DNA from: Mobula hypostoma
Taxonomy: Eukaryota
Reading direction: 5' to 3'
DNA length: 64,000 nt
Assembly: GCF_963921235.1 (NCBI RefSeq)
Contig: NC_086118.1
Span: forward strand, 19,346,001-19,410,000
The translations under genes and the position numbers were made by a program. Below, piece by piece: positions 1 to 13,745 of the stretch. Below the pieces are notes generated by a model, which was given only the letters and a program-made list of their open reading frames with translations, was not told the DNA's origin and did no database searches. Position 1 is the first letter of the stretch; each line of letters opens with the position of its first letter.

Positions 1-1570
1 GTCGGTTAGGAGACATTGGACCTATGTACTGACACAGGAGTCCTAATGCTTGTGTGCTTCAAAGGCGGCTCCTCAGTCCAAGAGGAGCTGTGGCTGGGAA
101 GAGTGAAGCTGGGGTCTTTTCTTATTTTAGGTTGATAGCCGACGAAGTCAGTCAAGAAAGTTAGGCGGGACATGTGACTGCATTCTTCTTTTTATACTTT
201 GAACCTTGATAAATCCATTTCTTTTGCAAAGAATGTGGCAGCTTTTCAACAATAGGACTAATACCGCAGGCACTGTCTATATAAGCTAAGCCAAGCAGAT
301 AACAATCTTCCATTTGCTGAAAGCAGCTCCAGTAACAGATCTCCAAGTTTTCTTGACTTTAAGTTACCTTTATTTGAAATCTTTGGAAAACCTCCCAGCT
401 TCTTAAATAGGCCACGTTCTACTACCTCTGTTGCATTGTGACATTCATTGAACCTGTCCCAGGTCATTCTTAAAGCTGCAGCTCGGTTGCTTATTTGAAC
501 TGCTCTAAAACACTTAACATAGTCATTGATTCCTTACCAAGCTATTTTGACAGCAAGTCCAATTCCTCACCTTTATTAAAAGATGACTTCCGTGCTCTGT
601 AACTTTCTGGGGCTATCATCAAAATATGATAGGCTGGTGCTCATGAGTTCTTTGTGTATCAGATACTTTGCCATATTCATCATGACTGAAGACTCCGAAC
701 AGCTTTCAGGTAAACACACAACCAAGAGAAAATCTGCAGACACTGGAATTCCAAGCAACACACGGAAAATGCTGAAGGAACTCAGCAGGCCAGGCAGCAT
801 CTATGGAAAAGAGTATAGTCGACTGAAATACCAGGCCTTCTGGGAAACTACTTTGTACTGAAGCTTGTTAAACTTTGGCTGTCAATGTGGATTGTTACTG
901 TCAAATTTTGCCATTGTGACCTCTTTTAATTGTAGAAGAATGCCTTGTTTGATGCTGGACAGGTAAGTAAGAGTTACATAATATATATGAAGGATTCAGT
1001 ATTTCTGAGCTTTCTTTAAGTAATTTACTGGGTGGGGTGGGGGCGGGAGATAGAGATGACCATGACTACAGTGTACTGATGGCAAAATGTGAGAGGTAAA
1101 TTGAATAGAGTGTTGAGACCATTGATCCTGTCTTGTGCAGTAGGCAGACTCAGACTGCTGGCTAAGATATTTGGCTTAGTGCTTGACATAATCACTCACA
1201 TACTCATGTGTACCCTGTATTGTTGCTGGGTGTTTTTTCTATTGTAAAGCTCCTCACCCTCTTCCTCTTCCACGGCCTGCAATGTCTCTGCCTCAGCGAT
1301 AGTGGCTGCAGCCTCTTTTTGAAGGTGCAGGGCTTCCAAATGAGCCTCTAGCCCAAACAGATCTGTCTGTTTTAATGACAACCGCCATCTCTGCAAATGC
1401 GGCACATGCTCGTGCAACCTCTGCCTTCACTCTGGCTCGTGCTGCTGCAGCAACAACCGATGGTCCGCACAATCACAATGAACTCCGATGAGAACTGCTG
1501 TCCGACACTCTGTCTCGTGAGCTTTGTCTTTCCTGTGGCTTTGTGTGTTTTGAGTATCTCTCATCCATAA
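1..1570 (-). mobile_element. BEL/Pao LTR retrotransposon, degraded gag region (runs off window start)
   Basis: Frameshifted minus-strand peptides typical of fish BEL/Pao gag: 'EAHLEALHLQKEAAATIAEAETLQA' (1196-1417), 'AKYLIHKELMSTSLSYFDDSP' (576-800), 'TWDRFNECHNATEVVERGLFKKLGGFPKISNK..KLGDLLLEL' (258-467), 'LLGLAYIDSACGISPIVEKLPHSLQKKWIYQGSKYK' (161-346). Confidence 0.8.
716..823. mobile_element. Penelope-like terminal fragment inserted in BEL gag
   Basis: Contains the 'aaatgctgaaggaactcagcaggccaggcagcatctatggaaaagagtatagtcgac' terminus shared with the GIY-YIG-bearing copies at 2072 and 2865. Confidence 0.75.
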
Positions 1571-1635
1571 TGCTTGTTATTCAGTTGTCGACTGTTTGTA
1601 TGCTGACTGACCACCTGCGTTTTCATCTTTTTACT

Positions 1636-2060
1636 CTACTACTCTCCGTGTGTGATGTCGGGAGTACACAATTCAGTTGTAACCAGCGTCCAAGCTGCAA
1701 GTGCTTTATTTGGGCAGAGCACACACATAAAATTGAGTAAGAGTAAAACTGAGAACAAACCAGAAAAATGCCATACACAAGAGAAAATCTGTAGATGCTG
1801 GAAATCCAAGTTATACACACAAAACGCTGGAGGAACTCAGCAGGCCAGGCAGCATCTATGGAAAAAAGTATGGTCGATGTTTCAGCCCAAAACATCGACT
1901 GTACTTTTTTCCATAGATGCTGCCTGGCCTGCTGAGTTCCTCCAGCGTTTTGTGTGTGTTGCTCAGAAAAATACCATAAGTGCTTAATGCAGCAAACTTA
2001 TGACGATTATTTTGCACATTCATAAGAAATCAGGATTATATGAAGCTCGACTTGAGTATA
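1636..2060 (-). mobile_element. Probable 5' LTR of the BEL/Pao element, interrupted by a Penelope-derived hairpin
   Basis: Directly upstream of gag; minus-strand AATAAA near 1705-1710, followed by 'gtaaaaaga' at the putative LTR/internal boundary. Outer boundary uncertain. Confidence 0.45.
1776..1963. mobile_element. Palindromic Penelope-terminus insertion with 15-bp TSD
   Basis: Inverted arms (about 1816-1880 and 1890-1958); flanking direct repeats cagaaaaatgccata (1761-1775) and cagaaaaataccata (1964-1978). Confidence 0.85.
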
Positions 2061-2071
2061 AAATATAAATA

Positions 2072-2770
2072 TGAGGAGGTCTGTAGATGTTGGAAATCCA
2101 GAGTAACACAGCTGGATGAGCTCAACAGATAAGGCAGCATCTATGCAGAAGAATAGATAGTCGATGTTTTGGGCTAAGATACTTCTTCAGGACTGAGAAT
2201 GAATGAGGTAATGCTAGAATTAAAAGGTGGAGGAGTGGAAACAGGTTAGCTGGAAGGTGACAGCTGAAGTCAGGTGGGTGGGAAAGGTCAAGGGCTGGAA
2301 AACAAGGAATCTGATAGGAGAGGGGAGTGGACCATAGGTGAAAAGGAAGGAGGAAGAGACCCATGGTGAAGTAACAGGCAGGTGAGAAGAAGTAAAAAGT
2401 CAGAGTGGGGAGAAAAGGTGGGGAGGGGGTGGAATTTGTTTATTGAATGGAGAAATCGATATTCATGGCTTCAGTTTGGAGGCTACCTGGACAGAATATA
2501 AATTGTTGTTCCTCCAACCTGAGGGTGGTCTCATCTTGACACAAGGGGAGGCCATAGACTGACAGGTTGGAAGTGGAATGCGATCGGAATGAAAATGTTT
2601 GGTTACTGGGAAGTCCCGCTTATGGCAGATGGTGCGGGTGTGCTTGACGAAGCGGTCCCCCAATTTACGACGGGTCTCACCAATGTAGAGGAGGCTGCAT
2701 CCGGGACAACAGAGAAAATAGACGATCCCAGCAGAATTGCAGATGAAATGTTGCCTCACTTGGAAGGTAT
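2072..2770 (-). mobile_element. Penelope-like element 3' fragment (GIY-YIG endonuclease)
   Basis: ORF 2463-2774 'CNSAGIVYFLCCPGCSLLYIGETRRKLGDRFVKH..FPVTKHF' fits the GIY-YIG motif; followed by a pyrimidine-rich tract and the family terminus. Confidence 0.9.
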
Positions 2771-2864
2771 ACATAAATATTCAAAAATTATATACAAAAT
2801 GTTTAAACAAAGATTTAAACTATGTGAGAAGATTAATACCATGTAAGCGTTCATTAAGTTAACA

Positions 2865-4372
2865 AGCAACACACACAAAATGCTGGAGGAACTCAGCAGG
2901 CCAAGCAGCATCAATGGAAGAGAGTATAGTCAATGTTTCAGGCCAAAACCCTTCATCAGGACTGGAGGAAAAAAGATGTGAAGTCAGGATTAGAAGGTGG
3001 GGGGATGGGAGGAAGAAACACAAGCCGATAGCTGATAGTGGGAGGGGTGAAGTAAAGAACTGGGAAGTTTATTGGTGAAAGAGATACAGGGCTGAGAAGG
3101 GGGAATCTGATCAGAGAGGACAGAAGGCCGTGGAAGAAAGAAAAGGGGAGGTGCACCAGAGGGAGATGATGGGCAGGTAAGGAGATAAGGTTACAGAAGA
3201 AAAAGAAAATGCAGAATGGTGAGGGGGGGGCACTACTGGAAGTTCGAAAAATCAATATTCATGCCATCAGGTTGGAAACTACCCAAACGGAATAAAAAGT
3301 GTTGCTTCTTCAACCTAAGTGTGGCCTCATTGCGGCAATAGAGGAGGCCACGGACTGACATTTTAGAATGGGAATCGGAAGTGAAACTAAAATGGGTGTC
3401 CACTTTTTCAGGTGGATGGAGCATAGATGCTCAGCGAAGTGGTCTCCCAATCTACGTCGGGTCTCCCCGATATACAGGAGGCCACACCAGGAGTACCAGA
3501 TACAGTAGATAACCCCAACAGACTCATAGGTGAAGCGTTACCTCATCTGGAAGGACTGTTTAGGGCCCTGAATGGTAGTGAGTGGGCACGTGTAGGGGCA
3601 GGTGTAGCACCTGTTCCACTTGCAAGGGTAAGTGCCAGGAGGGAGATCAGTGGGGCCGAACTAATGGACAAGGCAGTTGCGTAGGGAGTGATCCCTGTGG
3701 AAAGAAGAAAATGGAGGGGGGAGGGAAAGATGTGTTTGGTGTTGGGATCCTATTGGAGATGGCGGAAGTTATGAAGAATTATATTTTGGACACGGAAGCT
3801 GGTAGGGCGATAGGTGATGAGAAGAGGAACTCTATCCCTGTTAGGGTGGCGGGAGGATGGGGTGAGAGCAGATGTGTGTGAAATGGAAGAGATACAGTTG
3901 AGGGCAGCGTTGATGGTGGAGGAAGAGAAGGTCATTTCTTTGAAGAAGGAGGACTTCAGAATGACTCCTTCATTCTGGAATGAAAAGACTTATCCTAAGA
4001 GAAGATGTGGTGGAGAGAGAGGAATTGAGAGAAGAGGATGGCATTCTTACAAGTAACAGGGCGGGAAGTGGTACAGTCCAGGTAGGTGTGAGAGTCAGTG
4101 GATTTATAATAGACATCAGTAGATGAGCTGTCTCCAGAGTTGCAGACAGAGAGATCGAGAAAGGGGAGAGAGGGGTCAGAAACAGACAAACTAAGTTTGA
4201 GGCCAGGATGGAAGTTGGAGGCAAAGATGATGAAGTCGACAAGCTCCACATGGGTGCAGGAAGCAGTACCAATGCAGTCATCGATGTAGCGTAGGAAAAG
4301 TTGGGGAGTGACACCAGTGTAGACTTAGAACATAGATTGTTACACGTAGCCAACAAAAAGCCAGACATAGCT
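2865..4372 (-). mobile_element. Penelope-like element, 5'-truncated (RT C-terminus, linker, GIY-YIG, terminus with hammerhead motif)
   Basis: YIDD at 4277-4288 (FLRYIDDCIG); 'LPFLDLSV..STDVYYKSTDSHTYLD'; 'RDRVPLLITYRPTS..IILHNFRHLQ'; 'EATLRLKKQHFLFRLGSFQPDGMNIDFSNF'. Confidence 0.92.
2927..2964 (-). ncRNA. Minimal hammerhead ribozyme motif (Penelope-associated)
   Basis: Minus strand reads cagtc-CUGAUGA-aggguuuuggccu-GAAA-cauu-gacua: core, stem II and stem I are present. Confidence 0.65.
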
Positions 4373-4880
4373 AACACGATACCAATAACCGGGAATAAAC
4401 TTTTATGCAATATTAACACAAAATATTTCTCAGATAGTGTACTCATTTATCAACTGTACAACATTTACGGATGATGATTTATGATGGCATAAACAAAGGA
4501 AAAACAATGTAGCAATGTAGTATTATGCAAATGTGTTTCAGTCTAACTGAAACTCCATCGAAAATAAAATGGCTGCTTTCCTCACATGGTCCAACCGACT
4601 TTCAAATTTAAAGGTGGCAGCACCATCGCAATTAAAGTCGGCAGCACAAACAGAATAAAATTCAGCAGGGTTATATTTCAACGTAAGAAGCTGAATAATC
4701 ACACTCTCTGAATCAATTGCTCATGAAATTGTCTGTCAGTTAACCGTGCCCAACTATACACCCCAAACCCTGACTACCCTTCAACATAATTTGACTTCCA
4801 AAGCCTCAGCTGACCGTCACACCACTTTCCCCACACAGTCAGCTCATCTCCTCACCCCAGAGGCTGAGCCTCACCCCGAA

Positions 4881-7810
4881 CAGAATCAAAATCAGAATCA
4901 GGTTTAATATCACTGGCATGTGTTGTGAAATTTGTTGCTTTGCGGCAGCAGTGCATTGCAGTACATAATATTAAAAACCATAAATTACAATTTGTAGTGT
5001 ATAAGTGCAAAAAAGAGAGAAAAAATGCAGAGATAGTGATCATGGGTTGATTATGCTTTCAGAAATCTGATGGCGCAGGGGAAGAGGCTGTTCCTGAAAC
5101 ATTGAACGTGTGCCTTCAGGCTCCTGTACCTCCTCTTTGATGGTAGCAATGAGAATAGGGCATTTCTTGGAAGATGGGGATTCTTAAAGATGGACACCGC
5201 TTTTTTGCAGCATCACCTTCTTAAGGTGTCCCAGATGCTCGGTAGGCTAGTGCCCATGACAGGGCTGGCTAGTTTACAGCTTTCCACAGCTTTTTTCAAT
5301 TCTGTATACTAGGCACTCCATACCTGACAATGTTGCAATTGGTTAGATTGCTCTTAATGGTACATCTGTAGAAATTTGCTAGCGTCTTCGGTGACATACC
5401 AGTCCTCCCCAACCTCTTAATGAAACATAGCCACTGTCCGTGGTAGCTGCATCAATATACTGGGTCCAGGTTAGATCCTCAGAGATGTTGACACTCAGCA
5501 ACTTGAAACTTTCCACTGCTGATCGCTCACTGAGGACTGATGTGTGTTCCCTCAAATTCACCTTCCCTGAAATCCACAATCAATTCCTCGGTCTTACTGA
5601 TGTTGCGTGCAAGGTCGTTGTTGCGACATCGCTCAGCTGATCTATCTCACACCTCCTTCTCGTTACCATCTGAAATTTTGCCAACAATAGTTGTGTCATT
5701 GGCACATTTATAGATGCTGTTTGAGCTGTTTTTAGCCACATAATTGGGGATGTAGAGAGAGTAGAACAGTAGAATAGGCACTCCTCCCTGAGGTGCGCCA
5801 GTGTTGATAGTCAGTGAGGAGGAGATGTTATTTCCGACTGGCATAGAATGTGGTCTTCTAGTAAGAAAGTCAAGGATCCATTGGACAAAGAAGGTACAGA
5901 GGCCTAGGTTTTGGAGCTTGTCGATTAGAGGGCTGATTTGGAGCTGTTGAGGGTATGACTGTGCTGAACGCTGAACTGCCATGAATGAACAACAGCCTGA
6001 CGTAAATATTTCTATTGTTCAGGTGATCCAAAGCTGAGTAGAGGGCCAGTGAGATTGCTGTAGTCCCGTTGTGGCAATAGGCAAATTACAGCAGGTCCAG
6101 GGCCTTGCTAAGGCAGGAGTTGATTCTAGCCATGACTTTTCTCTCAGAGCACTTCATCATAGTAAATGTGAGCGCCGCATGGTGACAGTCATTGAGCCAG
6201 CTCACCTCGCTTTTCTTGGGCACTGGTATGATTGTCGCCCTCTTGAAGCAGGTGGGAACCTCTGACTGCAGCGGTGAGAGACTGAAGATGTCCTTGAATA
6301 CTCCCCCAGTTGGTTGGCTCAGGTTTTCAGTGCCCTGCCAGGTACACCAACAGGGCCTGATGGCTTGCAAGGGTTCATCCTCTTGAAAGATGTTCTGACA
6401 TCAGCCTCCATGACAGAGATCACAGGGTTACCAGGTCCTGCAGGGATTCACAGAAGTGTAGATTTATTCTCCCTTTCAAAGCATGTATAAAAGGTGCTGA
6501 GCTCATCTGGGAGTGATGTATCACAGCCATTCATGATGTTAGGTTTCATCTTGTAGGAAGTAATGGTCTGCAAACCTTGCCAGAGATGATGTGCATCTGA
6601 TTCCATCTCTAACCTCCTTATGTTAAAATAGACTTCCTTAGGTTGTACTTGGACTTCTTGCATAGTTCTTCTTGCCACAGACCTATCCTTCACTAGACTA
6701 CAAATCTCCTGGATCACCCATGGCTTTTGTTTTGGGTATGTCTGGTATGTTCTTGAAGGCACACACTCCACCACACGTGTCTTGATGAAGTTGGTGACAA
6801 CTGTCACATATTCATTCAGATTTGAGGATGAATCCTGAAAATTGTCCAGTACACCAACTCAGAGAAGTCCTGTAAGCGCTCCTCTGCCTCCCTTGACCAT
6901 ACCTTCTTGGTCCTCACCACTGGAGCTGTGGTCTCTAGTCTCAGTCGATACACTGGGAGTACAAGTACAGCCAAGTGATCGAACTTTCGTAAGTATGGGC
7001 ATCGGATGGCATGGTAAGCATTCAGTAGTCAAGTGTGTTGGCTCCTCTGGTTCCACAGGTGATAAGTTGGTGATTGTTGTTCAGAGACTTCTTCAAGTTG
7101 AACTGCTTGAAATTTCCCTCATCAGGGTGCTCAGTTTCTTGCTTATTGATTATGTTACTCAGTTCCTCCAGTGCCTGTCTGACATTGGCCTGAGGTGGAA
7201 TGTACACCATTACCAGGATGATGGTGGAAAACTCACTCAGCAGATAAAATGGATGACATTTGATAGCTAGATGTTCCAGGTTGAGTGAGCAGGACTGAGA
7301 CAGAATTGCCATGCTTGTGCACCATGATAAGATAATTATAAAGCATAGTCCACCTCCTCTATTTTTAAAAGACTGAGCTATCGTGTCTCTGTGAAGAATG
7401 GTTAAGCAGTGCTGCAGTGCTGCATCCGAAATTGTGGGTGCGAGCCATGTTTCTGTAAAGCAGAGTACACAGCAGTGCACAATGTCCCTCTGGTACTGCA
7501 ATCTTGCTCTGGAGTCTTCAGTTTTATTTTTAAGAGTCTGTACTTTCAACAGCAGGATAGTCAGGGGATGAAGTCTAAAACCTCTGAGTTTCAATCATAG
7601 CTGTAGACCAGCACAGCATCCCCACTTCCTTTTTCTTAAGAGGGAACTGCACTCGCAACTCGAATCGGCTGTTTGACTTTGAGTATCAATAGATTTTTTG
7701 AATGTCTTAAAATGATGCTGCTTACTGAAGTACCTATGGCTGTGATTGTGGATTTCAGCTGTTGCAGTCCAACACAGGAATATTTGATGATTCCTATTGG
7801 TGCTGCATGC
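4881..7810 (-). mobile_element. Rex1/Babar-clade LINE, near full-length, degraded
   Basis: APE endonuclease 'RARLQYQRDIVHCCVLCFTETWL' (7022-7594); RT 'VPTCFKRATIIPVPKK..NDCHHAALT' and 'TGAPQGGVP..YKCANDTTIVG'; 3' (GATTCT)n tail at 4881-4905. Confidence 0.9.
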
Positions 7811-7814
7811 AAAG

Positions 7815-8615
7815 TCACATAAAATTCCGGAGGAACTCAGCAGGTCAGGGAGAATCTATAGAAATGAATAAACAGTCAACAATTCAAGTTGACACTCTTC
7901 ATCTGGATTGAAAGGGAAGTGGGAGGATACCAGAATAAAAAACTGGGGGGAGAGGAAGGAGGGAAAGCTTGAAACTGATCAGTGAGGAATGGTAAAGGGC
8001 GAGAGAAGAAGGAATCAGATAGGAGAGGAGAGTGGGCCATGGGAGAAGGAGAGACACTGGGGGAGGTGATAGGCAGGTGAGAAGAAGAGGTAAGAGGCCA
8101 GAGAGGGGAACAGAAGAAGAGGGATAGAGGAGGGGATAAAAAAATAAAGAAAAAAAGGTTACCGGAAGGAGAAATTGATGTTCGTGCTATCAGGTTGGAG
8201 GCTACTTGGACAGAACTTGAGATGTTGTTCCTCCACCCTGAGAGTTGCCCCATCATAACAGAAGAAGAGGCCATGGACTAACATGTCAGAACAGGATGGA
8301 GACAGGAATTAAAATGATTGGCCATCAGGAAATTGCACTTTTGGTGGATGGAGCAGAGGTGCTTGATAAAGCAGTCCCCCATCTTACAATGGATCTCACC
8401 AACGTACACAAAAACGCTTTGTGAGTGTCAGATACAATAGACTGCCCCAGCAAATTGGCAAGTAAGGGTGTGATCACTGTGGAAAGCAGAGAGTTGAGTG
8501 GAAGTGGGGGGAACCCTCTTCTGCCATCTGGATCCACAATCCTAACATCTAGGACCCTCTCTCCCATACCACCCCGTATCTGGTCCTGCTGTGAGTCTGT
8601 CCCCATCCTCTACAC
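7815..8615 (-). mobile_element. Penelope-like fragment with a short inverted piece (about 8515-8615)
   Basis: Family terminus at 7815-7910; GIY-YIG C-terminal remnant like that at 2463-2774. Confidence 0.75.
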
Positions 8616-11604
8616 TACTGAGTTTTCTTGCAGCAGACTCATGAAATAAACAGCAATTGTTTAACACAGATTTACAAATGCCAAACAAATCCTCTGCAGC
8701 CCAAAAGGTTTCTAGATCCCATTGTGAAAGAGAACAGTCACAAGCTGCAGGGCTCACTCACATATCTGAAGGCATTGCACATTTTTTTTGGGGGGGTGGT
8801 TGAAATTGTAATTTTGCTGTCACATTGAAATGGTTTTGATTTGACAAAAATTGTACTCTTACACTTCAAATTTTTCACATTCTAAGCCTCTTCCTAGTCT
8901 CCTGACATTCCATTATAATCCACAAACCTGAATATTATATTTTATTCATTTCCTTGTGCCAGTACTTTCAGTCTCTTAGGATGCAGTTACTTTACCAATT
9001 TTATTGAAATAATATGTAAACGTGGGCCGACACAAATGATCTGTGACTAAATCACATTTGAAATGCAGAAATAAAATCCCCACCATGTAATAGCTGCAGT
9101 TCAGACTTAAGAATGTAAAAGAGAAGGGACTGAATGCATGCAAAATTACTAGTATGGCAAATGAAATCATATAGAGTTTCCTTCTATGGAATATCAATTT
9201 GCATCTCATCCTCAGGAAAAAGAATTGTGTTTTTTCCATTGTATATCAAGCCTTACAAACTTGTACGTGTCTGTACAATTCCATCAAACCTGTGCCATTT
9301 GGAATATGATATAAAACCAGCCACTGGGCTTTAAGCAGCTCTAAAGTGGAAGAAACCATTGGATATCAAAGGACATGACTGAAAAAAAAACTGTACAAAT
9401 CATAAATCAAACACTTGGGAATGATTGCTGCTTGAGAGAACCTTCAGAAATTCTGACAGAATTAGCATTTAGATCGTCTGTAAGTTGAATGTCAGCGAAC
9501 TATTAAGCTGCTCTTTATGAATATGATTGAAATTCATTGCAGAATTGCCACACCTGGCCTACAACAGATGGACTAACCGGCAATAACTGACTAGGAGCAT
9601 ACTGAATAGTTAAAATGGAAAAAAAAATTAATATTTATACAAAGCAAGTATGTCAGTAAAGTATCTCTGGCACATTGCTTGTGTATTTCCATGCCATCTG
9701 TTTTTATATGGTTATTAATATTATTATTTATGGAAAGAACATTACAACGTTTTCTGATTGACATCACATGAGCTCAGGTATATCAAAAGTTAGCAACCAT
9801 AAAGCTTATCAGATGGATTATCTACCTTTCCCATCTGCCTCAACTGAAAACAGTGCTGCATGTCTCTTCTGATCTTGCCCCATCACTATCCATACTTTGT
9901 TCTTTGATTCTTCAACTTCATTGATCTGCCTCCTCGCCTTCAGAAGATATACTAGTTGCAAGGATTAAATTGTGCATGATAACCAAGGGTTTGGAGATGA
10001 ATCACAGATATGTCAAGCACTGTCATCTACTCATCAAAATGAGAAGAGAAACAACTACTTACAATTCCCCCTCCTAATTAAACATCTTTTGCTATGTCTT
10101 ATAGTTCTATCTATCCTAATCTTTTTATTTACTAGATATCACAGACACGACTACCATGAATTCCATTTTATAATTTGTCCTTGAAAGTGGAATTTGGACT
10201 TCTTGAACCACTGGTGTTTTCATGCACCTGAGTTATTTGATTGGACTGGAAAAGAGGACAATCAAGAGTGGGACTGAAGTACTAGCCCAGGTTTAATTTC
10301 ATTCACAGCAGAAGTCTGATAACTAGTTTGGTCTACATGATAATCCATAAAATGGGTGAATGAACATTTAAAATAATTAAACTATTTAACACACTTAACA
10401 GAACCAAATTAAAAATCTATCTCCCGACAGCCAATTCCTCTCATTAATTTCAATGGCCTAGTGGTAGAAGTACCGGTTACCCTATTGCAGGCTCAGTGAT
10501 CAGGTTGGTTGGGCTGATCTATGGGAGGTTTCCCAATGAATCCAACAGACAGGGGAGAAGTGCCCTTCTTGAGTTGCCCCATGATGGTGAGTGCAGTAGT
10601 CCTTTATCTTTTCATCAGTTTGCTAACTCTGAGGTGGATTGACAGCTAGATATAGCATTAAGGAGTTTCCGTTCATCATATTGTTTTGGATAGAATTCTC
10701 CTCCTTTGTTTTAACAGTACTGAGAAGTCACTGTAGGAATTTTTCATAAAAGCTATTCAAATGACATCATTACAGTCTTGATCTGTGATATCCAGACACA
10801 CAAGTGCACTTTAGTAGTCCAATTAATGAGAACGATAAAACTGAAAATGAAAAAAAGATCATTATTTATTTTACTTGAAACAATCATGATATAAGTGTAT
10901 GTGAAGGTTCAGCTACAATCTGAATTGAACTTAATGTGTGGAAAATCTTTACAATAATTCCGCCAGCTTTTTGGTTTCTTAATTAATTACTCTTCCCATT
11001 TGAAGCTTTGTTCTCCGAGACCAATTGCCTCTGTAAAACCCAAGATCTTTATATGTATGTGGTGCAGTCTTGAATACAAAACAGAGATGTAAACTTTCAC
11101 CTTAGAATCCAGAGTAAGTGCTCACAGTGTAATTCCCTCAGTCAGGAAGATCAATACTTCATTTGATCAATGCTCACAAGCTTATGCCATATTATAATGT
11201 TTATGATGCTAGACATCTGAGAAGTCCTGTTCATTGTGCTTCAGCTTGGTGATCTGTAAAGACAAGTCACTTTAGTTTACAATTAAAAGGCAGTGATCGC
11301 GACACGCTGACTATGAATTTTATCTTTCTAGATTTCATATGCAAGCATTGACAAAATTCACAACTGGGATTCTGTTCATTTACTTAGAAATGTACTTATG
11401 TTTATTGCTTACTGCATTGCATCTAAAAGCTCCTGAGAGAAATGATTTTATTATGGCTTATAAATATACTTAATTTCAAGTCTGGATTTAAAAAATACAG
11501 TTAGGAAAGAAATAGGCACAATTTTTAAAATTTATTTCTCAACGAGCTTAAAACTCACATCAATGTATTAGGACAGAGCTTCTGCTGCTTCTAGTTTGCT
11601 AGCA

Positions 11605-11880
11605 GCACAATAGCACTGCAGGTAGTGCAGCTGTCTCACCACTCTTGTTCAAGTTCAGGTTCAAGTCCCACCCTTGGTCCTGTTGCTATGGTGTTGGCAG
11701 TTTCCCTGTAACCACGTGCCACACCCCAAAATTATGTCACTTGGTGGGTTAATTAGCCATGGTAAATTGCCCCCAATGGAGGTGGCTGGCAGAAGAACTG
11801 AGGGTCAGAGGTCAGGTTTAATGGGCATTGATTAAAAGGTAAGTGAATAGGTTACAGGGAAATAGATTGGGGCATTTGGG
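11605..11880 (+). mobile_element. tRNA-derived SINE (V-SINE/HE1-like), degraded
   Basis: B-box-like 'caggttcaagtccc' and core 'gggttaattagccatggtaaattgccc'. Related degraded copies near 22860-23055 (-), 49060-49360 (+) and 53580-53830 (-). Confidence 0.55.
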
Positions 11881-11889
11881 TGTTGTGAT

Positions 11890-12720
11890 TGACCACTTGC
11901 TTTTTCTTCTTTTATACAATAATCAGTTATTTGGTTTTGATGACATTGAGTTAGAGGTTATTGTTGTGGTACATTTATATCAGATTTTCAATCTCCCTCC
12001 TAATCGCCAATTGAATACCACCTTTAATTCAGCTAACAACAATGGTGTCGTCAGAAAACATAAGTACTGTACTGAACTGTATTTAGCCACACAATCATAG
12101 GTTTAAAGTGAGTAAAGCACGTTTGCACAGGGAAGTATTGAGGGGCAGGTCTTGGAGCTTAGTGATGAATTTAGAGGGGATGATCATATTGAACGCTGAT
12201 GTATGCATCTTCATTGTCCAGGTGATCCAGAGCTACTTTAAGTGAAGGGCCAATGATGTTTCCCTGCTGTGACGGTGGGCAAATTGGAGCAGATCCATTT
12301 CACTCCTCAGGCAGGAGCTGGTATGTTTCATGACCAACCTCTTAAATCACGTCATCACAGTGGAGGTACAGTAAATGCTACTGGATGATGGCTATTGAAG
12401 CAGGTTACTGCATTCTTCCTGGGCACTGGTATGATTGAAGCCTGTTTGAAGCGGTTGAATACCTCAAACGGCCAAAGTGAGAGTTCAAGATGTTGGTGAA
12501 CACTCCAGCCTATGGTTAGCATGTGTCTTCAGTACTCAACCATGTACTCTGCCTGGGCCAGGTGCTTTCTGTGGGGTCCCTCTCCTGAAGGATACTCTCT
12601 CATCAGCCTCAGAGACAGAGAGCACAGGGTTGTCAGGTGCTGTGGGGTTTTATGAAGTTGCCTCTATGTTCTGTCAGTCAAGTGAGCATAAAAGACATTG
12701 AGGTCATCTGGGAGTGAAAC
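11890..12720 (-). mobile_element. Rex/Babar LINE RT fragments
   Basis: Colinear similarity to 5560-6520, for example 'gggcactggtatgattg..ctgtttgaagc' and 'tcatctgggagtga'. Confidence 0.65.
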
Positions 12721-13745
12721 CCTGGTGCTTGGTAGGAGGTGCTACCACTCTCGTGCTGCCATCGTTGTCAAGCAATCCTCTGTTATTCAAGTTTAGTCCA
12801 GAAATGCCACTTTGCATGTGAGAACAAGAAAGCAGTGCGGTCAAAAAAATTATCAGTGTCATTCTTTTAATGTTACTATGATTTTGTGGTGCTTGTGGCT
12901 GGAATCCATTCTTATGATCAAGGGTGAATTAAGGCAAATAAAAGGCTGAACAGAAAGAAAAAATGCTCTGGCAAATATTTTGAAAACTGGGTGTAAACAC
13001 ACACGCAGCAACGCCAAATTCTTTGGTGTTCTATCACTGTAGCAACTCCAGCAGTGTTAATATCAGACAACGATTTGTTGGATGGCAAGTGCCGACAAGC
13101 TGCTCAGGCAAACTTCCAATCAGTACAGGACTCTGACATGCAAACCCATTTCTCATTTATATCAGTCTTTCATGCAATTCAATGTGAGAAGCGTTTGCTT
13201 AATGCTGTTTAACAAAAACAATGACAGTGTTCCTATCCATGGGAAGATGGCCATCTCAGGTACGCTACGGAAGGAAGGTATGGATGAATTAAAAAAAATC
13301 ATACTGGCTACCCAAACCAGTGAGAATCACTGGGCTCTCCTTTCCTTACCATCCATCGGGGACATTTATCAGGAGCGCAGTGTATGCTAGATTTTTAATA
13401 TTACTAAGGATCCCACCCATCCATCCAGTATCCTCTTTGACTTTCTTACCATCAGGCAGAAAACTCTGATGTATAAACACAAGAATGTTCAGGATGGGAA
13501 ACAGTTTCTTCCCTCAGGCCAGTAGGCTTCTAAACTCCCTGCTGCATTGCAATCAAAGTGTCACTAGTTAATCTGCTCTGTACCTTACAAAATTTAATTT
13601 ATGCACTTTAGTTTGTTTATTTATGTGCAATCCATCTGTAGGTTTCATCCTTACTTCGACAATTTACTCTCTGTCATGTGTGTTATGTATATTACTGTGC
13701 TTTACACCCTGATTCGGAGAAACGTCTTGTTTGACGCGATAAATG

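Noticed and set aside
716..2964. Recurrent roughly 50-bp repeat resembling a CRISPR array
   Set aside because: Irregularly dispersed Penelope termini in both orientations in eukaryotic DNA; no spacers or cas genes.
10491..10586. Possible plus-strand exon ending at GTGAGT
   Set aside because: Peptide not recognisable and the acceptor is weak.
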